Assembly: GCA_977018835.1 (NCBI GenBank)
Contig: OZ361261.1
Location: 2,046,001 to 2,110,000, forward strand
DNA from: Minutocellus sp. GHC0000111
Lineage: Eukaryota
DNA length: 64,000 nucleotides
Direction of reading: 5' to 3'
Below are positions 55,486 to 64,000 of the stretch, piece by piece. Under the pieces are notes generated by a model. The model had not been told where the DNA came from. It ran no database searches and saw only the letters and a list, made by a program, of their open reading frames with translations. Numbering within the stretch: position 1 is the first letter of the stretch; every line of letters begins with the position of its first letter. The position numbers and the translations under genes are program-made.

Positions 55486-55872
55486 CTTCAGGTACTGCAA
55501 CTACGGTAGTATAGCGCCTCGATGGAGTCGTCTCAATAAGAATCTGATGATCCGGCCAAGAGCCAAGAGCTTGATAGATATGAGCTTCGTTCTTCGTGTC
55601 TGCTTCGTCAACATCATGCTCCGGCGAGTGAACTTTTTTAAATGACTCGCTCGACTTGATATTGTGCACTGATGAAAAAGCTCTTGCGTGGCCACGTCTT
55701 TTTTGGCCAAGCTGGGCAGCCGCCAACACGCCGCCAACACAGACACGCTGACTGGATCATCTGACTGGATCATCAAGATGAATTCCAATGCACCGAAACA
55801 ACGATCATTATTCATTCATCCCGAACATTAACAACCCAAACCATAACTTTTTCATTCAATCAATTCATTACA

Positions 55873-57180
55873 ATGGTGGGTATCTTCCCTTCCCTTTCCA
55901 GCACATCATGTGTCGCATTGCATTCTGTAATCCATTCTCGAAATTGCATTCTCACTCTTTCATTCTCGATACTCGATCCACATTACTCGCCATGTCCGTC
56001 TGCAATTGCACAGACTGACTCAACAACAACTAGTGCCAACACATCCGGTGGCAACAGGCGCATTCGTCCCAATTCGGCCCGGGCCAGAAGGCGAGAGCGC
56101 CGCAAGGAGGAACGTCGATTGGCCGAACTCGCTGCCAAGATGGGCAACGCTCCAGCACAGGATACCGCAGATACCGCAAACGACAACAAAGGTCAGACGA
56201 CCATCACCAAACCATCGACTGACGCAGAGCATAACAAGGACACACCTACCACGCCCAAGAAAAATTTGATCCGCCGTCGGACCAGCGCATCATCCTTCGC
56301 CTCTCTCGAGAGTGATGCCACCAGCGTTACCGATGCTCTGCCTTTGTGCTCATCGTCATGCAGCACAACTTCGTCCAGGCGAGGTGTCGCACAACATGAA
56401 CAGCTCGGCCCTGGCCGGAAAATTCAGCAGCGCAATCGCGGTACCAACAACAGTCGCAAATCTCCTAGAACCAAGCACAACCACAATCGCAGCAACAACA
56501 ACAAGTCCAAGTTGACAAAGTCGCCTCGAAAGATCATGGTCGAGGTGGAATCCATTTCCGAGGAGGAAGAGTCGCGATGTGTTGCCATCGACTGCGAGAT
56601 GGTGGGATGCGGCGCCGGTGGATACCGCTCGGCCCTCGCCCGCGTATCCATCGTCAACTGGGACGGCGATGTGATCCTCGACAAGTTTGTTCGGGTGGAG
56701 GAGGAGGTTACCGATTACCGCACATTCGTGAGCGGCATTACCGCCTCGGATCTCAACTCGCCCGATGCAATTTCCTTCGAGGAGTGCCGTGCACTGGTAT
56801 TGCAGGCCATCGACAACAAGATTGTGGTGGGCCATGGTCTGAAGAGCGATTTCGACGTATTGCAAATTCGTCACGAGTGGCACATGATCCGTGACACTGC
56901 CAAGTATCAGCCCTTCATGAAGGAACATCCCACAGAGCAGGGTTTGATGGTTCCGAAGAAGCTGAAGGAATTTGCTAGGGATAAGCTGGGACTGATCATT
57001 CAGCAGGATGGTCAGCAGCACGATTCTATCGAGGATGCCACCGCTGCCATGGAATTGTACATCAAGCACCGCCGGAAGTGGGAGAAGGCGGTCGAATGGA
57101 AACTCCAAAAGACCACATCGATTTTGATCCAGCAGCAGCAAATGCAGACTTCTGTTGTACCCACAACTGTATTCGTTTAG
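55873..57180 (+). CDS. REX4: RNA exonuclease 4 (REX4/REXO4), DEDDh family
   Basis: VAIDCEMVG, LARVSIVN, VTDYRT.VSGI, VGH.L..DF, RDTA.Y, HDS+EDA.A.M.LY. Start uncertain; the ATG at 55992 is one base out of frame. Confidence 0.9.
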   Translation: MVGIFPSLSSTSCVALHSVIHSRNCILTLSFSILDPHYSPCPSAIAQTDSTTTSANTSGGNRRIRPNSARARRRERRKEERRLAELAAKMGNAPAQDTADTANDNKGQTTITKPSTDAEHNKDTPTTPKKNLIRRRTSASSFASLESDATSVTDALPLCSSSCSTTSSRRGVAQHEQLGPGRKIQQRNRGTNNSRKSPRTKHNHNRSNNNKSKLTKSPRKIMVEVESISEEEESRCVAIDCEMVGCGAGGYRSALARVSIVNWDGDVILDKFVRVEEEVTDYRTFVSGITASDLNSPDAISFEECRALVLQAIDNKIVVGHGLKSDFDVLQIRHEWHMIRDTAKYQPFMKEHPTEQGLMVPKKLKEFARDKLGLIIQQDGQQHDSIEDATAAMELYIKHRRKWEKAVEWKLQKTTSILIQQQQMQTSVVPTTVFV

Positions 57181-57518
57181 AGATAATATTAGATCTGTGA
57201 CTTTAGATTCAAAAGAAGATATGCATATTGTAGATCTACGTGGCGATCTACATTATGTAGAGTTTGGGGCTGCCGTTAGATCATCTAGATCTAGAGGATA
57301 CAAACATATATGTTCTCGCCAGGTGGAGCGCGTCTCGGGCCGGCCGGCGGTTCAGGCAGCTGTGTCAGATCCCTGACGCAGCACAATCCAAACAGCACAG
57401 CAAAGCGCCACAGTCCAAGGCTCTGACGCTCTGACTCATCCGCCCGCCAGAAGCAAGCCGAGGCAGGAGCGAAGTGACTATCGGCCGCGCGCGTGGATGT
57501 GTGAATAAGAAATCAATC

Positions 57519-58598
57519 ATGTCCGCTGCTACCGTGAGCGCTCTCGCAAAGGACCTGTCCAAGGCGGCGGTCGATGCCGTCGAGCCAGAGGCCGAGCGAT
57601 GCATCGACATTCTCTCTTCAATCGATCAGGTCAAGGGTGATATCAACGTGGCGATCCTCGAGAAAACAAACATCGGGAAGCTCCTCACCAAGTCCATCAA
57701 GTCCTTCAAGCGTGCCAAGAGGACGGCCGATGACGACACCAAGGCACAGTTTGATGAAGCCATTGCCAGCGCTGAGAAACTTCTGGCCGCACTGAAAGCT
57801 GCCGCAATGGAAGAAAACAAAAAGGCTGCAGCCGGCAAGAAGGCCAAGGCAACTGCCGAATCGCAAGAAGCTGGCCTGCCCAAATCGGCTGGAGCCTACA
57901 AGATGTGTCTCGAGACGCAGAAGAAGGAGATCTACAAGAATCCCCCCGCCCTTCCCCCGGCGTCGATCAAGATTGATAGCAAGACGTATCCTCTTCCCAA
58001 GAGAGATTCGGCCACGGGCGAGCTGACCTTCACGGGTGGGAGCAGTGACATCAAGGCCATGCTCAAGGATTTCAAGCCCAATCGAACTCCAGAGGAGGTG
58101 CTGCGTGCTGGAAGCTTTGGTGGAACATACTTCCGCCCCATCGTCAGTGCCGTGACCAATGTCACTTACAAAGCAGCCGATGTTCTCAAGGATAGTGTCC
58201 ATCCCGATTGGATCAAGGGCCTCACTGCCAAGCAGCTCACGTCGACCACTTACCGCACAGAGGTGAACAAGTATGGGGTGAAATGCGGTGGCTCTTTGGG
58301 TATGTGGGAGAGTAGCGGTTGGATCTCCGATTCCGATCCCTACGGTTGGTTCCAGTGGTACTGTCGATTCTATCAGGGTCGTCGGTGTTCGGATGATGCC
58401 CGTCAGATTTCGCGATGGCTGAAATCTGCTGGACCGAAGGGCCGCTTCCGTAGCCAGCTCTGCAACAAGATCCTTGCGGCCAAGACGAAGCATGACGACG
58501 TTAGCATCAGCCCTGTTGTTAGGCAGACTCTCTTGCATTGGGGATTGGAGATAACGCCTCAGGTTCTAGAGAAGCACAGGAAGAGGGTGGGGGCATAA
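57519..58598 (+). CDS. TFIIS-N (LW/Med26)-like domain fused to a conserved aromatic-rich domain of unknown function
   Basis: +DIL..+....+.+.+LE.T.IGK.+ at the N-terminus; C-terminal F.PN.TP.E+L..GSFGGTYFR...NKYGVKCG.SL..WE..GWI...DPYGWFQWYCRFY.GRR..DD.RQI.RW...RQTLLHW. Confidence 0.75.
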   Translation: MSAATVSALAKDLSKAAVDAVEPEAERCIDILSSIDQVKGDINVAILEKTNIGKLLTKSIKSFKRAKRTADDDTKAQFDEAIASAEKLLAALKAAAMEENKKAAAGKKAKATAESQEAGLPKSAGAYKMCLETQKKEIYKNPPALPPASIKIDSKTYPLPKRDSATGELTFTGGSSDIKAMLKDFKPNRTPEEVLRAGSFGGTYFRPIVSAVTNVTYKAADVLKDSVHPDWIKGLTAKQLTSTTYRTEVNKYGVKCGGSLGMWESSGWISDSDPYGWFQWYCRFYQGRRCSDDARQISRWLKSAGPKGRFRSQLCNKILAAKTKHDDVSISPVVRQTLLHWGLEITPQVLEKHRKRVGA

Positions 58599-59090
58599 AA
58601 GCGTGCCAAGTAGAAAGGTGCAAAATTATTACACTGAGTGTAAACCTTTAAGATCCCACTTTACTTTACAAAATTATCCCACGAGTCTATACGCCTTGGG
58701 CTTGGCCTCCGTACTCGTAATTTTGGGGGTCCATGCTGGAAACGGAAAGCTCTCTTCGTCCCGTAGAGCCATTTCCATGCACAGTGGCACTGTCGTATTA
58801 TCCCCTCCAACAACTTAATCAGATGCAGATTGTCTAGCCCTCCAGACTTCTTGAAAGAGTATGGGAATCATTGCAAAGACGAACTCTTGCCGCCAATGAG
58901 GTTGCCCAAAAACAATATGCCAGGGTAGGTAGGAAGTCTCTGGTGCTCGGAAGATAAGGGAGAACAAATACAATGTTCGAGACGAAATATATTCATAAGA
59001 GTACTATTCATAAATGCCACTGTCAAAGCAGAAAGAAAACGAGTTATCGTAGTAGCATGAGAATAAAAAAAGAGAATCTGCCCGGTCAAC

Positions 59091-60650
59091 TTACGGGTGG
59101 ATGTAGAATGAAAACCCACAGTTGCACATGTCATTTACTTGCGCCACCGCGTCCCAATGCATACCCGCGAACAAGACATTGTATGGCGGGATGGTCTTCT
59201 TAGCGATGAAGTATGGCTTCTGAGGACCAAAACCAGCCGGTGGTCGACAAATCATCCCCTCATCACCTGACTGATGAAATGGTATAAAGCTTGGTGCTTC
59301 GTTATTGCCTTTGGGTTCTTGCCTCTCCCACGCATTATAGTCCATCGCTATTGAATCCTTTCGCCTCACGTCATTCGCAACGGAGAGGATTGGAAGATTG
59401 GCCCCTTCTAATACGACATCCTCCGACTTCTTGAGTAGACTCATGCTGCCGTGAATGATGATCCCCCCTGTGCTTACTTTCCCTTTGCCTAAGAGCACAT
59501 CCTTGCTTGATGGCAGTTGCTTCAAGGTATTCTCATTCATCCCAGACGGTACCGCGTAAAGAGGCACAATGAAGGCAGTTCCGGGGCCCTTATCGGCATA
59601 GACAGCCATCATTTCCTCCCAAATATCTGAAACGACACCATGACCATTACGAACGGAAATCATGTCTGCCTCAACCAGATATATCCACTCGGTCCGTGCC
59701 GCGTCGATTGATATCTGACGCAGCAAATTGATTGGATACGGATTCTGCGTCAAAATTTTCGTCTCGTCGGTTCCTGATGGATACCAAGGTCTCTTGTCGT
59801 CGTATACGAGGTGCAAGTCGACATACCTGCGAATTTCCTCTCGTCCATTGTCCCACAATTGGATGACTCGTTGCATGTCTACGTCCATTTTGTAGCGAAA
59901 TCCAACATAAATAACAGCGCTGACTGGGCCCTGCCAAGCTTGAGCAATGTATTTCAAGTGATGCAGACGTTCTGTGGTAAGTTGTGTGCAGAGTGTCACC
60001 AGCCCTGAGTTGTTCCCCATTCGAGAGCGAAAATATAATTCACGCCGTGGGTAGCTAAACACTGCGTCACTGTCAATCTCTTGGATTCGTTGCCGATGTC
60101 TCCGTAGAATATTGGATTGTCCAATGTTTTCCTCTACGTATCTCACCGCCGCAGTCTCATTCCCGCAATTGTAGAGGACCAAGAAAAGTGGCCGGACTTG
60201 GCTTTCATTTCTCCATGGTATGAAAAGTGTCATGGTATCACTGTCATCGATGGGTGCAGCAGTGATGTTCTGACCAAATGCCCCGTGATAATCGCTCCAA
60301 AGCATGTCCCAAGATGGAATGATGTTGTTGTCCTCATTAGATTTGGAGGATATTTCGATTTCTATCCCTACTAGCCGTTATCGCTGCCCGGTGGGAGCAT
60401 ACGTTGGTAGGACACCACCAAATCGATACAAGATCCCACCCCTTGGTAGTAATACACTCAAATCGGGCGAAATAACAACAACTGATGTTGGCGGCGACGA
60501 TGACGATGACGGCGAACGAAGGTATTCCATTACGCTCATCGCCGGTAGATTCAAGGCATTGATGCTGCTGGAAGATTGAATGATCTGAATGCCAAGTGCT
60601 GCTGCTCCTGACAAACAAAGGAACAGAGACGGAACATTATTTTTCTTCAT
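59091..60650 (-). pseudogene. GT49 (LARGE/B4GAT1-like) glycosyltransferase with in-frame stop at 60378-60380; 3' exon(s) unresolved
   Basis: VTL.TQL+.ERL......W.GP+SA.+Y, YP+N.LR......TE+++L+EAD, AF+VP, F.G..WD. The N-terminal TM ORF 60378..60650 is in the same frame. A GTAAGT donor overlaps the ORF end. Confidence 0.65.
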
Positions 60651-61026
60651 GGTGTGTCTGTGGGGGGCATACTCTACCGTAGACTAGCTAGCCTCTCTAG
60701 ATCTGTTCTACTAGCGTGTAGAGCAGTGGAGAAGTGGAGCAGTACGGTAAGTAGAGCGGTGGCGGCGGCATGGCCTGTGGGACGGGACCGGGAGCCGGAG
60801 CAGGAGGCCAAAGGGAGGCATAAATGTTGCCAAGGCCAGCCGGCAGAGGCTCGCCGAACGGAATTTTTCAATGACGTGTCACTCCTCAGCATTCTAAATG
60901 AGCAGAGATTGGTGTTGCAGCAGCGCGCATCTCATCGGCATTTCGCGCCCGCATGCCCGCATGTATGTGATCGTATCAAAGAACAACTACCCAAAGGCAC
61001 ACAAAATCTCTTGAACGAAATAAACC

Positions 61027-61981
61027 ATGAAGCTCGCATCGACTACCGCTCTTGCTCTTTGCCTTGTTGCCTCTGTCCAGGCCAAGGAAGATAAGCCGAA
61101 CAACGGCGGCGGAAATAGCGGTTGTGCCGCCACCGGCACTGGAGGCGAATGCTTCAACAGGTACGTGTCGGTTTTGTAGAATCGGATCATCAATTACTCA
61201 CTCAAACGAGTACCTTTCTTTGGATCAGAAACGAATTCATTGGTTCCGGTCTAATGCATAGCCATCCTCGCGATCCAATATTGATCATCGTCCATGCTGC
61301 AGAACATGAATACTTTTGCACTATTTATCTTAGATTTCGCTCACCAGTTGCACTCGACTTACTTTCCAATTCAAATGCTCTCGCGACGTTGACATCGTAC
61401 AGGGCCGACGCCGAGGGCTGCATCTCCAACCCCAACCACTGTGCCGAGAGTGGGGAGGGAGGATGCTGCGTCAACTACTACATCCCCTTCTGCGGAGATC
61501 CCCAGAGATACGGTGCTGCCGCCCCAGCTGGGTCGATCAAGTGCATGACGGACGTGCCCGTTCCCCTCAGTGCTGCACCTCCCAGTGACCTTGAGCTTTC
61601 TCTCGTTGCTGAGGCCTTTGACAGTGAGTTTTATGAGATATACCCCGCTAGCACGTTGAGCGTGACCCATATTTTCACACAGATCGACTTAGAGAACCGT
61701 CAACTGCTTCTGCCATAATAGATATGTATATAGTTTCCTTCTCTGCAATCTTGCTTCCTTTCTCACTTATTTTATGTCTTCTTGTTGTGCTTATTACCAT
61801 CACAGCTTGCCTCGATCAGCTGAACTCGACTGAAATCACCAGCCTCACGGACTGCACTGCCCTCTCGGATCTCGTTGAGGCGGCAAAGATGGAGGACACC
61901 ACCTCCTCTGGAAATGTCGCCAAGGTTGCTGCCGCTTTGGGTGCTTCTCTCGTCGCCGGTGTTGGTGCTCTCTTGAACTAA
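61027..61981 (+). CDS. Small Cys-rich secreted, probably GPI-anchored protein; exons 61027-61160, 61403-61623, 61806-61981
   Basis: Signal peptide MKLASTTALALCLVASVQA; two frame-preserving GT-AG introns; C-terminal TSSG followed by a hydrophobic tail ending at the stop. Confidence 0.75.
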
Positions 61982-62442
61982 ACTTTTTTTAATATGGAGG
62001 TTGAGGTTGGTGGGCGAGATGTGCAAGCTGCAGAATTGACCGTGTAGACTTTTGAGATGGAGAGATGGAGGTGACAGGCGTCCTCCTTTTGATTCGAATC
62101 GCTACTCACTTTCAACTGAATTTGACTGGGGCTGCATTTCTCACGCGAACAAAATGAAAAGGGAACGCGAATAGAATAGTTTTTGAGGAGGGAAATAAGT
62201 GTATTAGTGTCCTGCGATAACGCAAATCTTGGCATTCGGTACAAAACATAACTGGCGTTGCTCCGTGCAACGGCCGGCACGGCATATGCTTCATTCTTCT
62301 CAGTTTAAATCTCCGGGTTTCTTTGGTTGGATGCTTCAGCAATTTTTCAACATGCTCTCATTATTCTCGGAATTCTTGTCGAGGCGTGAATGAGAACAAG
62401 CCGCTGCTGTAGATAATGCGCGGTAGGGAGAGCTTTTCACTT

Positions 62443-64000
62443 ATGCCCAGACTTCTGATATCATCCTCCTTTGTAGTATTGGCGTCGTCATGGAATGCTT
62501 TTGCGTTCCACCAGGCGTGCCCGTCTCGTTTGTCTTTGCCCAATAAGTATTGCTCCCAAAGTAGGAATGCCATAAGATTCCGCCCCCAGCACTTATTGAC
62601 GCTGAGGACAAAGCCCTCAGATGACGTCGACGATGATGATGTAGACAATCTGTTCTTTGATGACTTTGGAGGCGATTTCGTCGGTTCCGACGGACCAGCG
62701 TCGTCGTCGTCTTCGTTTTCGTCCTCCCTCTCTGAGCGTATCGAGGAGCAAAGGTTGGGCGAAGAACGCACCGCAGCCAAGCTTGCCAAGAATTGGAAGA
62801 CGGGCAACTGGGGCGTACGTGGATTCGTCCTCGATTCGTCCGATCCGATCCGTGAAAGTATGGCAGATGCGACTGCATCTGCCGAAAATGCAGACGCTGG
62901 AGGTGGCTCTGCCCCTCGTCTGGGTGGAGGCGGCAGTTCCAATGCTGATGCTGTGGAAATTCCTCCGATTCATGTGTCAACTATTGTGGCTGACCAGAGT
63001 CACATGTATGACGAGGGTTATGAAAGCGAGAAGATCGATAAAATTGTTGTCGGGAGAACCGACGGATCAGTCCTCATTGTGAAGATGGGAACTGCGTACA
63101 TGACACAGTTCACTGCAGTCCCAAAGCTTCACCTTGACGATTCCTCTTCTTGGGATAGCAACAATGACGTCTCTCCAGCTTCGGCAGATCAAGACACGGC
63201 GTCAAGCGATGGCCCAAGTGTTCGTGTTGAGACAGAGCTGATGAATGCCGAAGATGTTCAGAAGAGTCTAGGAGATGTGGTGGGTGAAATTGGAGATGGA
63301 AATGAGGTCAAAAATATGCAATATCCGATGGAGGACCCATTCGACGCATTGTATGGCGCTGGCAAGAAGACGGAAATAATTCGGAATCCAAAATGATCCC
63401 AGGAAAAACATTGAGTGATGCTCACTCTGATCGGATTGTTGCACTCAAGGTCCTGTCTTCGTCTCCGAATTCGATCGAACCCGACCTACTTCTTTCCGCA
63501 GGGATGGTTCTTTCGCGCTTTGGGATCTCAATTCAGGCGATCTCGTAACGCGTTGTCAGATGCTGACTGAAACGTCAGAGCCGGAATCCATTATGAGCGC
63601 AGACGTTGATGCCTCCGGCGTGGATGGTGATGTAATATATTTTGGGTTGAGTTCTGGTTACGTCAATTGTTATTTTGTCAACGATATCATAGGTGCTAGC
63701 GCTGGTGGCGTTTGTCCAATGCCCAGCTCCCGTTTTCAGGCTCACGACGGTGTTGGTGGAGTCCCTGCGATTCTTGCTGCAGGTCAGGGTACCAGCATTT
63801 CCAGCAATTTGCAACAACAGGCTCGGCCTACATCCATACTTTTGACTGGGGGCGCGGATGGTCTGGTGAAACAATGGTGAGAATGCCTTTGTGTGCTTGT
63901 ATGCTATGCATGCTTTGTATGTATCAGAAGCCTCATTATTCATTTTTGATTGCCGCACTGATTTTCAATCCAAATCTACTGTATAGGGAGATGATGGCAC
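62443..64000 (+). CDS. Plastid-targeted WD40-like protein, 3'-partial, with frameshifts at ~63390 and ~63501
   Basis: Signal peptide + AFAF; AH.D.I.AL, DGSFALWDL, FQAH.G, LLTGG.DG.VKQW|GTGAG. Confidence 0.6.

Noticed and set aside
55501..55815. ORF in frame with the sulfotransferase across a TAG
   Set aside because: Composition is not protein-like and a suitable ATG exists at 55485; probably 5' UTR/promoter.
4210..60380. Stop-codon reassignment (alternative genetic code) to explain the in-frame stops
   Set aside because: TAA and TAG end conserved genes at the expected positions (EF-P and UGP/PGM TAA; Nop14 and bL20 TAG), the internal stops are of mixed types, and no conserved housekeeping domain contains one.
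1..64000. rRNA, tRNA, intact transposase or integrated viral core genes
   Set aside because: No recognisable cloverleaf, rRNA signature, DDE/RT/tyrosine-recombinase or capsid motifs; small ncRNAs cannot be excluded by eye.

Overview
Gene-dense eukaryotic nuclear DNA (GT-AG introns, microsatellites, no operons), almost certainly from a diatom. Evidence: ASAFAP-type plastid presequences, the UGP/PGM fusion, DUF6824 and other diatom-type domains. Two cilia-associated genes suggest a centric lineage with flagellated sperm. About 30 genes can be modelled. The first 15 kb is a cluster of four putative transcription factors: an AP2-like x4/DUF6824/divergent-HSF multidomain gene, its HSF-like paralog, and a convergent pair of CxxC-domain + Myb/SANT paralogs, one with a NUMOD1-like insert. 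Other notable loci are a MYND-less ZMYND10, a truncated IQUB, a plastid ABC-F head-to-head with an Arg-tip plastid EF-P, UGP/PGM, DusA, Nop14 with a Tudor-like insert, a TYW3-Trm5/TYW2 fusion, a bacterial-like sulfotransferase probably spliced to an unknown domain, and REX4. Several accessory genes carry small indels or in-frame stops while the long housekeeping genes are clean. I found no CRISPR array, rRNA, tRNA or intact transposon. All family assignments come from motif recognition by eye, not database searches.
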